A stretch of 64,000 bases of DNA from Balanoglossus misakiensis (Eukaryota; Animalia; Hemichordata): contig CM082576.2 of NCBI GenBank assembly GCA_040954595.2, positions 20,569,028 through 20,633,027 on the forward strand. Reading direction: 5' to 3'. The notes under the pieces were generated by a model. The model was given only the letters and a program-made list of their open reading frames with translations, ran no database searches and had not been told where the DNA came from. Shown here piece after piece: positions 50,190-62,900 of the stretch. Made by a program: the position numbers and the translations under genes. Each line of letters starts with the position of its first letter. Positions within the stretch are counted from its first letter, which is position 1.

Positions 50190-51730
50190 AGGTCCCATTG
50201 GTATAGGCCTATATACCATGGGACCTTATGGGATGGGTTGCGTCTGTATGTATGTATGGATGGATGGATGTATGGATGTATGGATGTATGGATGTATGGA
50301 TGTATGGATGTATGTCTGTATGTCCGTCCACATCAAAAACTTGAAAACCGCTGCGCGTATCACCTCAATATTTGGTGTGTAGGTGCAGGCAGGGCTGTAG
50401 ATGGGAGTTTGTCCAAACGAAGTTGTCAGGCCCAAAAATATGCAAATTAGCTGGAAAATTGTGAAATTGATCAGAACTCTGTAAGTCAACAACTACTGGT
50501 CAGATTGCTTTGAAAATTGGTATGCATGTACCTTATGTCAACCTCACACCGACCTGTAAGTGTTAAGTTGATATCATGGATGTTTTATTTTTTATGATTT
50601 TTTTAGTCTTTTTATTAAATTTATACCTTTACTTATACCTCAATGGTTAAGCTATGTCCACGTCTTATTGTGGAATTCTTGTCTGTGCAATAGTCCTGTA
50701 CAGTGACTGTCTATTGGTCAGTGAGCACAACGGGGCCAAAATAAAAGGCAAATTTTTAGGCTCACCTGTAACACCTGCTTAATACATTAATTATGTGCAT
50801 ACCTAATTCCGGGCTAACTAATAGGGCTAGAGGTTTCGTTCTTGTGGGACATGGACCAGTATAGGGTCAAAATTTCTTGCCCAAATTTTGGGTGACCTCA
50901 GGTGACCTTTGACCTACTTTCCTATATCTCAGCATCCAGAGCAGGTACAGACTTGGCGTTTGGAGGGTTGGGACTAAAATTGAAAAGCCAAAATATAGGT
51001 CACCTGTGACACCTGCATATCTCATTAATTATGTGCATACCTAATTCTAGGCTAACCAATAGGGCTATAGGTTTGGTTTTTGTTGAACATGGACCAGTAT
51101 AGGGTCAAAATTTCTTGCCCAAATTTTGCATGACCTCAGGTGACCTTTGACCTACTTTTCCATATCTTGGCATCCAGAGCAGGTACAGACTTGGCGTTTG
51201 GGGGGTTGGGACTAAAATTGAAAAGCCAAAATTGGGGGTCACCTGTGACACCTGCATATCTCATTAATTATGTGCATACCTAATTCCAGGCTAACCAATA
51301 AGGCTATAGGTTTGGTTTTTATTGAACATGGACCAGTATAAGGTCAAAATTTCTTGCCCAAATTTTGCATGAGCTCAGGTGACCTTTGACCTACTTTATC
51401 ATGTCTTGGCGTCCAGAGCAGGTACAGACTTGGCGTTTGGAGGGTTGGGACTAAAATTTAAAAGCCAAAATTGGGGGTCACCTGTGACACCTGCATATCT
51501 CATTAATTATGTGCATACCAAATTCCAGGCTAACCAATAGGGCTATAGGTTTGGTTTTTGTTGAACATGGACCAGTATAGGGTCAAAATTTCTTGCCCAA
51601 ATTTTGCATGACCTCAGGTGACCTTTGACCTACTTTTTCATATCTTGGCATCGAGAGCAGATATGCTTATTGCTACGTTGCTATGTGCTATGTCCTCAAA
51701 TGGGACCACAGTGTCCTTGACGCTATTTTT
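50190..51730 (+). mobile_element. Complete HINE-like element with 238-239-bp array (unit 3 only)
   Basis: 5' aggtcccat..atgggacct; (GGATGTAT)n; central repeats; 3' atgggacc plus stem-loop agtgtc-ctt-gacgct and T-run. Confidence 0.85.
50740..51660 (+). repeat. ~4 x 238-239-bp tandem repeat, related to the 237-bp monomer
   Basis: attaattatgtgcatacc at 50786, 51024, 51263 and 51502. Confidence 0.92.
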
Positions 51731-52959
51731 AAAGTTACTATTTACAAGGAGTTGTTACCTCGAACAAAGACATGTTTACATAACTTAAATAGGCCAGCTG
51801 TTACAGAGACCACCAGCTATCACATTTTAATTACCAGTGGCAGGTCAGTGTGTGTCTGTTCCAGGGCTGACTGAAAGAAGTTGCTTCGCATATGTGTTTG
51901 TGTACAGACAATTTTTGGTCAATTTTTTTTTCTAGCACCACTTGTAAGACTGCCATGACACATGACAGTTTATTGGGCATGTTCCTTGTTAATGTTTTTA
52001 CATTGCATATTTCTATATGGTCAGATCATAAGTGCTTGCAAATGTCACCTGTAATTTTTATTCTGCTGTGTCACTGTTTCCGCATAATCCTCAAATGTCA
52101 TCAGATCTCCGAATGTGATGAAAACAGTGTGTTTTGAGTGGGGTTTTTTAATGACCTTTTGGGTTAAAAGTGGCAAAAATGGCAATTTTGTCTTCAAAGG
52201 GGTCAATAAGACTGACTTTTTTGGAATCAGCACCATTTTTTACATTGAATGGACTAGTCTGCTCAAACTTTCCTTACCAAAAATTCTGTTTAATCTTCTG
52301 TAACATGTATACTAGTGTACATGTAGCTGCCTGATAGTTTGCCCTGTGTGTGTAATTGCTGAGTGACATAACGCATTCTGTGATTGATGCAGTCACGTAA
52401 CCACCAATCGAACGATTGTTATAAGGAGAACTGCACGACCTTTAACGGCATTAGCATACCTGATTTTTAGGGCTCGATATTACCTCTGAGGACGCAATAT
52501 TTAAGTTGAAGTTTTTTTATTTTATCATATTAGAGCAAGAAGACTTGTCTTTTATGTAAAAGAAATAGACCCTAATATACAGAGTGCATGTTGAAACGAT
52601 AGGCAGTTCCGGCCCATAGCCTAATTCTTCATTTTTCTGTCAACAGAAAGTGTAATTTCCTCTTGTGTGAGCTCTGTGCGACTGTGCCAATGAAAATCTC
52701 ACCACAAACAAAAATGACAGGTATACACTGTATATTAGCAGCTTTGTCTCTGTAATAGCCATAGTGTTTTGAAGTTGAAAACTTGCAAAGTGTGCAGTTT
52801 TATTCACTCTACAAAGGAAACATTGTTGAAACGGATTATCTGTGTACATTGTCAAACTGTACACTTGTCGTGAGATTTATTCTCAATTATATTACTAGTA
52901 TATCATGCTACCGTCCGCAACTCTGATTGGACGAGAGCTAAATCCAGCGATGCTAAAAT

Positions 52960-53163
52960 TAAGCAATAAAACACCCCCAGCCATGGTATATCACGAGATT
53001 TTGACCAGTTCACGACATATACGCACGAGCGATAGCGAGTGCGTATATGGAGTTGAACTGGTCAAAATCGAGTGGTATACCATGGCTGGGGGTGTTTTAT
53101 TGCTATTATATTATGCCAGTATATTGAAACTTTGCATAAAACATTTTAAAAAGGCATTTTCTT
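52960..53163. mobile_element. Truncated copy of the hairpin element between 42-bp direct repeats
   Basis: Matches 6883-7086; repeats at 52918-52959 and 53164-53205; absent at 14943-14984. Confidence 0.85.
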
Positions 53164-53229
53164 CAACTCTGATTGGACGAGAGCTAAATCCAGCAATGCT
53201 AAAATACTCAATAATGCACTGCTGGCAGT

Positions 53230-54071
53230 GGTAAAACGGGCTTTCTGTTTGCCACATGGGTTTGTTCTTTAGGTTGTTGTATGTGTTTACACCCATCATG
53301 TTTATTGTAGAACCAGGGTCGATCAGTGAGGCAACTGCTGTTTGTTCTATCTGCACTGTTACTCGAGGCCTCCTGCCATTTGATTGTTGTACAGTGAAGC
53401 AGTATTCATCTCCCGAGCTGTCTTCCACTTTATGCACAGCTTTGACAGTTTTATCCTTGTCTACCCTATTTGCCTTGCCTTTTGAATGGTAGCATTTGGC
53501 TAAATGGTTAGGTTTGCCACACTTCCTGCATGACTTGCCTTTAGCTGGACATACTGAGTCATGTGGATAGGTGCCACCACAATAATAACAAGTGGACGGT
53601 CCTTTCGCTGGCTGCTGATGAGCTCTCTTTTGTTTATTTGGTTTCGAGCGTTGATGGCGCTGTTTTCTGACCGCATTCACAGATGCCGTATCTGCACCAT
53701 TATTTTGGGTTTTCTCCTCAATCCCACTAGCCTGAACCTCTGATACCTCAAATGAACAGGCTGTACTCAGTAGATTCTCTAGTGTCGTCTCCTCCCGAAG
53801 AGCACGACGTCTGAGACGGGCTGATGTGAATCCTCGTATGATTTGTGATTTGACCTCTTGATCCGGCTAGCTGATTCTCCATGTTCTCTGTCCTCGTCGC
53901 AAAATATAGAATCGTGGGTGGGCAATAATGACAACACGAGACACCAAGTCCGGCATGTAAGAGTGAGAGTGCCTAGCCTCATTCACGCACTTTATTCATA
54001 ATGACCCGAATGTTTACGTCATTTTACAGAATGTATAAAGTATAGATGCTCACCAGTGTTTGGACACTACA
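53230..54071 (-). mobile_element. Gypsy/Ty3 LTR retrotransposon remnant: LTR, PBS, deleted gag, protease start
   Basis: LTR 53905-54071 with near-inverted ends (tatag..ctaca) and a minus-strand AATAAA; adjacent PBS-like TTGCGACGAGGA; Gag LRRRALREE and knuckles CYYCGGTYPHDSVC / CRKCGKPNHLAKC; protease-like LIDPGSTIN. Confidence 0.85.
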
Positions 54072-57000
54072 ATATACATGTGACTGCAGTGTCTTTCCAA
54101 TCATGAATTTGCAAGGTGTCCTTCGGAGAAAATCTTCTGATTCTCTTTTCTGATTTGCTTTGCATATATGACTTAATGATCTCATTTGTTGGAATTCCCT
54201 GTCCCAAATTTTTGATGATCAGTCTCTGCCCCATTGCTCATCGTCCCAACTTTCTTGTGTATTGAAAACCAGGAATCAACCAATGCGATCCCAATCCGTG
54301 CTTGAACAGTGGTTTCTGCCAGATGACATCTGGATCATGTGAACTGTACACATGTTTCTGTCAGAATTGTTTTCACTGGTGACCTTTGTGAACAAAGTAA
54401 GTTTTGATTTATTGTCTTGGGATAATAATTTATACAGTTTAAAGTATCACCATTTCTTTCAATATGTAGATTTTTTGTTTTTCTCTACAAGTGTAATCAA
54501 GATCTGCATGAAAATTTGTGTCGCTGTCACCGAACCCAGCTAGTCCATACAACCAACAGTATGAATCACCACCTCATGCTGGGCGTAGCCATAGGCTATA
54601 CATGCCTGCCGGTATCGAAGGCCATTATGAGTATTGGTACCAGACCCCTCTTGAGAATGAATCATGGTTCCACCCTTATGGTAAAAAGTAAGATTACTCC
54701 ATGCTAATAAATAACAATATTAGAATGAAAGTACATTCCAAGTGACTTGTTGGGAGTATCGGGCCACTTAATCCCGAAAAATTGCAATCAGCCTGATTTT
54801 CAGTTAACCAATCTAAAGCCCAACTTTTCGTGTATTTAGTTGGGTTTCTAAAACTAACAAATTTTTTGACAATATTTATGGCATGATGAACACTACTCTC
54901 ATTAAATAAAATAATGTTGTGTCGTCCACAACAGGTGTAATTTTTATGTGTTTGGAATCGTAGACACCATTTATCTTTTAGTCAACTCTAAATCTAATAT
55001 AACAGTCGCGAAAATTGCTATGACAAACAAAAAATGAAGTGCTGACAGGGGACACCCTTGTCAGATCCCTTTGGATGGAGAACATTTAGAGAAGACATTG
55101 CCATTTTTCAAACATCTAGTATGTGATTATACATAGTTTTAACCCTAACGCTGCCAAGTCAGTTTGATATCCAGGGTGCCTAGAATCCTGGCTCCCAGGC
55201 CTGTTAGGCTGCCAAGGGCGTGTTACGCAGTAGGGCCTATACAAGACCCTCAAACCAAACCAGAGCAAACCAGTACGATTTAGTACATTTAAGGGGGGTT
55301 TAGACTGCCAAGTGTGTCTAACATATGAGAGCCATGGCAAGACAGTCAAAATACGTTTAGGAAGAAAAAATGGCAAATACATACTTTAAGGCACTCTAAA
55401 CAGGTATGACACCTAGTAGCATTAGGGTTAAAATATAGCTGCAAGCCAAAATGGTCATCTGAGGTCACCCGAAATTTGGGCAAAATTTTTTGACCCCATA
55501 CTGGTCCAGGTCCATCAGAAACAAAACCTTCAGCCCTATTGGTTCGCCTGGAATTAGGTATGCACATAATTAATGAGTTAAGCAGTTGTACAGGTGACCT
55601 CAAAATTCGGCTTTTCATTTTAGTCCCATCCCTGGAAATGCTAGGCTGTACCTGCTCTGGAGGCCGAGATATGAGAAAGTAGATCACCTGAGGTCACCCA
55701 AAATATTATGGAAAAAATTGGACCCCACACTTGTCCATGTCCAACAGAAACAAAACCTCTAGCCCTATTGGTAAGCCTAGAATTAGGTATGCACATAATT
55801 AATTAGGTCAAAGGTCAAGGGGTAACAAGTACATGTGTATGCTTCATCCCACCAAATATGAAGTCTGTCGGTCTAATAGTAACGTACTTATGAGCATTTA
55901 TGTTATATATAGTTCAAAGGTCACCGAGGTCACGAGACATTGCGGCGAAATGATTTGGTCCAATAGTTGTACCTGTCCACCAAAAATCAGCTCCCTAGGT
56001 GTATTAGTTAGCGTAGAAGTAGATATGTGTTTTTCAAGGTGGGTCAAAGGTCAAGGGGTCACCCGAAATTTGGCTTCTCATTTCGGCCCCTTGGTCAGTC
56101 CCTGTTCACTCCATAAATGGAGACGTGTTCTGCGCAACCGCAGTACGTGTAACCTCGTGAACTCAGATGTGCACATGCGTACAGCAGTCCCTGTTCACAC
56201 CATAAATGGAGACGTGTTCTGCGCAACCACAGCTGGACCTGTGAAAGATTAAATCCGATCGACATATTTAGTTTCCGTATATTATATTGACCAATGCAGA
56301 CTAAGTCTAATAGAATTACTACATGTAGTATATCGTGTATAATACACACGTTTGGCAATATTGCACTTTGAGTGTTAGATGCAGACGTGTATACCCGATC
56401 TAAATTTCCGACCTACACATGTACATGTATCACTGTTCACATGTACATACACCGTAACTGCGTTCTGAAAATGACATGGTATTTTCAAAATGTTACCCCA
56501 GATTACCCCATCATGTGAGAGCCATGAAACTCACACCCATTGTCCAGCAGTAGTTAGTTGACTATCCTATTCACTCAAAACAAAAAGAACGGGTGTGAAA
56601 AAGTCACTAAAACAGCATTGATACAGAGGTGTATAACACTGTCCATGATTTCAAGAGAAAAACATGAACACAGCCCAGTCACTGTATGTGGCGATATCTT
56701 TCTAAGTATTTCACTCAACTTGTACAGACGATGCCATGCTGTCTTCTGGAATGTGCTGGTAACGTCACACATCGAAACATATTGATGATGCCCTTCCCTG
56801 CGGCTCGGGCATCATCAATATTATTAAGGTCAAAGATCACCATCCCTTGTGCAGGCAAAAGATCATGATATTGCCCTCGCTAACATGTGTTATTATTTAA
56901 ATACGATGTTGTCATAGCTTTACTATGCGGGTATAGTAAAGCCTATGCCTTGGTCCAGACCCCCCATGGTCAATGAAAAAATATGAAATATAATGATCAA

Positions 57001-57734
57001 AAATCTTCTTCTCAAAATCGGCATACCCTAATTTGAAAATTTCGCCCTTATATGGTCATCAGGTCACTTGACTAATTTAACATTCACGGACGTACTTCAC
57101 CAGATCTCATTGGCCTGCATCATTGTGCCATATTTGAGAATTGTAGGTTTAGCCGTTTTCAAGATCCTAGTGGCCGATGAAAGTGCCAAAGAAGAAGAAA
57201 AATGCCAGCAATACCAATAGGGACCCCGCCCATAGAGGCTTGGGCCCCTAATAAGTTAGTTGTAAAGTTATTACTGAGCTTGAATTTCACTAGCGACTAA
57301 AAGTAAACAAAAACTGATGGTCAAAGTATCACAAGCTTTATTTTGGTTTGATGTAGGATGTAATATGCTTATAGCACACTGCCAAATTAATGCCAACCAA
57401 TAAGACCGGTAGGATATGATCGAAAACCACACGTATTAATGTGTAAAAGGCCGAACTTCCCAATAAATTTGGGTAGCCGACTACAGACAGAGTCGAACCG
57501 ATGCATGATCTGAAGTATCAAGACACATGGACTATTATTTATTGTTTCAACAATTTGACTAAAGTTTATAATTTCCTATGGCAGTTTTTGCCAACAAGAA
57601 CCAATGCCCGACCAAACAAAATGGACATTTTCACATGATCTTTACTGAGGTCACAAGTTAGCCAAGCCCTCATACACGCGCTATTCGGACGTATCGGTGA
57701 TCTGTTTATGTGTTTAGCTAAGGTGGTAAACTGT

Positions 57735-58598
57735 TCATCAATCAATCAATCAATCAAAAGGACTTATAGAGCACCAAACTCCACTGCAATAGTGTTCAAT
57801 AGCGCTTTACAATGTAAAGTTACTGTAAATGGGCTCTGTTAAACAGATAAGTCTTGATGTGTTTCTTGAAACTGTCAAGGCTAGGTGACTAGCATACTTC
57901 TATTGGGACACTGTTCCAAATGAGTGGGACGATATACGAAAAAGCACGATCGCCGTACGTTTTCTTCTTACTCCATGGTACATGAAGTAGAAATTTGTCA
58001 TTTGAACGAAGAAGTCTTGTTGAAGTTTTCAGATGGATTAAGTCAGAGATGTAAGCTGGTGCTGTGTTGTTTAATGCCTTATATGTCATAAGCAAGATCC
58101 TGTATTGGATTCTATAGTGTACAGGCAACCAATGTAAATCCATGAGAACAGGAGTAATATGATCCGTTTTACGGGTACGAGAAACGATCCTGGCTGCAGA
58201 ATTCAGGGCATGCTGTAGCATGCATGATGATGGTAAACCACAGAGTAGTGCATTACAGTAGTTCAGTTTTGATGTGATTAGAGCATGAACCAGCATCTGG
58301 CAAACTTCCTTAGTGAGGTAACGGCGAATGTGGCTGATTTGACGCAGATGGAAGAAAATTGACTTGCAAATTGCATTAATGTGCTTATTGAAAGTGTAAT
58401 TGTCGTCGAATGTCACACCTATATTCCGTGCAGAATTCACAATTTGAACACAACATGATCCAATGCTCATGTGGTTTATGGGACGAGGCGAGCGGTTGAA
58501 CTGAGACCTTATCAGGAGTACCTCGGTTTTGCCACCATTGAGTTGAAGTTTATTATGTGTCATCCAGGTTTTTATTTCGTGAACTGCACTTTCCAGTT
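57735..58598 (-). mobile_element. 5'-truncated L2-group LINE, second family (unit 3 copy)
   Basis: Offset-21018 copy of 36717-37580. Confidence 0.9.
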
Positions 58599-58879
58599 AA
58601 ATATCGCAACTAGCCATAATGTTTGACTGGGGGGAGCACCTATACTAATGCGAGAACCAGGGATTGAAAGTTGCACCTGTGTTTTGATCCCTTAGTTACC
58701 CTTATAAGTACATTTGTAGTTTAATAACCATAGTTCTATTGCAAACCATTCTTTCCGTAGTTTCTTGTTTCAAATATTGTAATCTGAATTTATTTTGGTG
58801 TTTAACAGGTGTGATTATCTGTATTGGCGGCCATTTTGAAAAAAAATGGTTGACATGGAAACTCTTCAACAGATATTTA

Positions 58880-59306
58880 TAGTCTCGGTTACCCAGAGCC
58901 CTCTGCTTCTTCCGTTAGGCACTCCAGAAAGAGGGTCTGGGGAAACCCGGTAGACAAATCGCCGGGCGGAATCGGGACAGCTGCGATGCATGACGGGAGC
59001 TTAATATTCCAAAATGGCGACGTCCTGCGCGCGAACCTCACGGCCGACATGTATGTCATACGATAAAGAAAACATGCTGAGTAGTGCTAGACCTGCTAAA
59101 ACTGTCTACAAATTGAAAAGAGAGAGAGAAGTTTGGTTAATAGTTTTCTAATATCGTCATATCATAATATCGTACCGAATATTAAGCTCCCGTCATGCAT
59201 CGCAGCTGTCCCGATTCCGCCCGGCGATTTGTCTACCGGGTTTCCCCAGACCCTCTTTCTGGAGTGCCTAACGGAAGAAGCAGAGGGCTCTGGGTAACCG
59301 AGACTA
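58880..59306. mobile_element. Academ(H)-like MITE (unit 3 copy)
   Basis: Same TIRs and TSD, offset 21018. Confidence 0.85.
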
Positions 59307-59928
59307 CAGATATTTAGTGACTCGCTATCTGAATTCGTTCAATACACATTAACACACATCTGAGCCAAGTTTGGTGCTTTTATCACAAAATACACAATCG
59401 ATATGAAAATTTGGGTTTTGGTGCTCCACTACATATTAAGTAACATTAAGGATGTACGTTCAGTAAAATTGAAAGTATTGTCATTTTTTTTAATTGTGGA
59501 TTTTTTTATTCTCCTTTGTATGTATAATGAAAATCCGTAATAAAATATAGGGGTCACCGGGCTTGTTTTTGAAATACAGAGCCATGAATTTGGTCGATAA
59601 TAGAAGAAATCTGCTGACTCAGCATTTTTCACCAATGGTTTGTCTATGGGCAAAATTCTTAACGCAATTTATCTCAAAAAAGAGCGCGGTGACCCCTATA
59701 TTTTATTTGACCAATGAATTTATATTTGCTGGACTGAGCTATGTGTAAAATTTCGTGAAAATGACAATAGTAGAAGTTTGTTTTCTGGCGATTATCAATG
59801 TAATCCTATGGGAAAAAGACCGGGCGCGCAGTGTTTCCAGTTTATGTTCTGCGCGTACATCCTTGATGAAGTTTGCTGGCTAAAGGGCTCTTAAACCTCC
59901 CTAATATTTGACGTCTTTACTCCTACAG

Positions 59929-62900
59929 GACTGCGCAGTTGGAAGTTACCGTTCAGCATGTTCTGAAGCATGCACGCTGTGTCCAAGGGTTTCATGTGTG
60001 GAACAGCCAGCCTCTCATCACCAACACAATGCGGACAGGGATATTTTGCCAACAATGGAAGTATAGACTGTACGCCTTGTCCTGCCCTGGGTATAAGTGC
60101 CAATATGATGGTATGTCGGAGCCAGAGGTGTGTGAAGATGGATACTACACTAATATAAATGGTGAGTCCGCACTTAAAGTTTGGGCATTACTGTGTAATC
60201 TTCCACTTAGGCGGACGATCATCTTATGTGCATGTGCCTAATTCTGTGCGTACAAACATTATGTCCAGTCCAAATATTCTGCCAATTTTACATCCAATGC
60301 ATTCAAATAGTGGACTGCTTCGCTTTCATCCAGTTTTCATGTGCATCGTATAAGTAGACTTTTGTTTTGTCCCGTCTTTTCACTGAATTTGCTTTTTTCC
60401 AAATCTCCGACACAGACTATGATCGTCACATTCTTGTCTGTTGTTAGAACAGCACACTGCCATATGGCATTGACTGTATACAGTTTCTGTTACGAATATC
60501 TCTGGTTTGGCATTTTCCTGTCCTCAATCTTTTGCCAGGGATTTATGTCTCCCCAACCCGCGTGAGAATCCCACGTCTTTGAAGGTATGACTGTGACTAT
60601 AAGATTCTATAAATCTCTGTTTATTTTCAGCACAAACATCATGTGCTGATTGCCCAGCTGGTAACCATTGTCCAAATGGTAACACTGTGATTTTATGCTC
60701 GGCTGGTTATTACAGTTCGGCCTTGGACAAAGGATGTCTCGCTGTACCTCTTGCATAACAGGTAAACTTCTACCCACCCACCTTTATTTCCAACATCAAA
60801 TTTGAATAGACCTCTATTTATGAAAATAATTAAAATTTGCGCCAATTTTTTACAGTGGTATTCAAAGGTTAACTTGGTGTGTAAATTCTTTGTTTGATTT
60901 ACAGATCAGCCGGTGCTGAACAGTGTACTATTTGTGAGCAAGGGTACGCCTGCACAGATCCCAGTGCATCGCAATTCAAGTGTACTAAGGGTTACGTGTC
61001 ATTGGCTGGTGCAACAAACTGTACCAGATGTACAAATGGTAAGATTGTGGTACTTGTTCAGTTTGCTGTGTGATGAAACTGAGGGGTATGTGTGTATGCA
61101 TGTATGTGTTTACAACAGATTTTCAAGTCAGTGCGACTGGGGTTATGTGTGTGTGTGTATGTATGTATGTGTTTACAACAGATTATCAACTCAGTGCGAG
61201 ATCTTGCGAGACCCGGTTAGCCATGTGAGATCTCGCAGAGTCTTATGATATTCAGAAAATGGTTGATTAGAAATGACATTTAATGTCCTCCAAAGAATTT
61301 TCTACATGCCTGTATACTTGTCTCAGAATTATGAAGTGAATCATCTCAAGTAATTTGTTATTTTAAATGACACTGTATCACAAATACTTCACTAAAAACC
61401 TCATTTTCTTTAATCAGATGAAATAAGTGAGGAGCCTGCACGCACATCCCGTCTTCTGTGCCCTGCTGGACAATCGTGTTCAGATTCAATGTAAGATCCG
61501 CTTGACTGTGGCAATGGTGAATATGCTATGGAAGGCGACGGCACATGCACGCCTTATCCAGCAGGATCCAAGTGTCCAACCATGTCACCCGTAGTTGATT
61601 GTTCAACAGTTACTGGTAAGTTGGGCTGCAAATCACTCTTGTGACTTCCCTGTGTTATAGCTTGACATACACAGAAAATTAAACTGTTATGCTCATTGGA
61701 GTTGATATTGTGATGCACTTTGAAAAACACAATGATTCCACTGAAGAGGTATTGTACAGTAACACCTGTGATTACGGACATCTCTCTAATAAGGGATCGT
61801 TGGACCAAACCAATCGTTCTTTGAATTTTTTCTGTGATAGGTTCATACTCGCTAGGTTCGGCCACGTCCTTCTGGTTATGAATGCATAACTACAAGTGTC
61901 ACACAGTGCGCTACAGGGCAGTAAAGTGTTGAAGGAGGTAAGTCTTGAAATCTCTTTTCTTCTGGTCTCGATTTGAACATGGTTCCACAAGTTGTTTACA
62001 TCACTTGTAGTTTTACATATTTTTTGAGTTCAACAGCTATGCTATACATGGTGTCCTGAGAAGTCGACCAGTATGAGAAGTCGGTATCGGCCAGTACGAG
62101 AAGTCGGCCTGTGGGAGAGAACCCTGGTACTTTGTGTTATATATAACTGTTTCACTACGAAATGTTTCCTTGATGTACAGGAGCTGAGATATTTGTACAA
62201 ATAGCCGATGAATTTTAAAACTGTCTGTTCACTTTGCATGTACGTCACCGGGGTACGTCAACATCAGTCACCTGCACTTCTTGCGCTGCGCCAGTAGTCT
62301 GTTCCTCGTCACGTTTGTTTGTTTGGTTTTGTCTCAAAGTATGAATATACACATACACCTTCTATGTATTTTAGTAGGCTTTGAAACAACTCCCTTTAAT
62401 CAGAAATGTCACAGGAATTTGGCGAACAACCTAAGCTCCTTACGCGGATACGGGGCTGGCGAACCGGTACGGATGCCAGACGCCATTATTTGAAATGACG
62501 CCATTGTGTTGTCAAGAATTTGGGAAATCCGTCCAAATGAAAATATTTAGTGCAATTATATTTTATTAAGTGTTGTTATATGTAATCTGGGTCATCACTG
62601 CACTATTCGGGTACAAGTTCAACAACTGGCCGACTTCTCGTACTGGCCGACTTCTCATACGCGCGTACTGGCCGACTTCTAATCTGGCCGACTTCTCAAG
62701 TATTCCTATACATTAGTGAAAATTGGGGAAACTGGTGTTTTCAGACAACTTATGAAGTCCCTTTCGCAATATTAACTCTAAAACAGCGGGTGATTTCCTT
62801 TTAAAATTTAACCAAATAAGCATACTTGGGGTCAACCATCTAGAGTTTTGAAAAAGTGCCCTTTATCTAGCACCTCTGTCAGATTTTGCCAGGCTCGTAG

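Larger units (their letters stand above)
38911..54396 (+). pseudogene. Cys-rich repeat + EGF-like repeat protein pseudogene fragment, copy 3
   Basis: Has A0 38911-39143, A1-A3, E1-E12 (including E5 45372-45494) and E14 54273-54396. Lacks A4 and E13; shared stops present. Confidence 0.85.
39569..60586 (+). repeat. ~20-kb tandem unit, copy 3
   Basis: Anchor atgactgtgactataagattc at 39569; next copy at 60587 (offset 21018). Confidence 0.95.
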
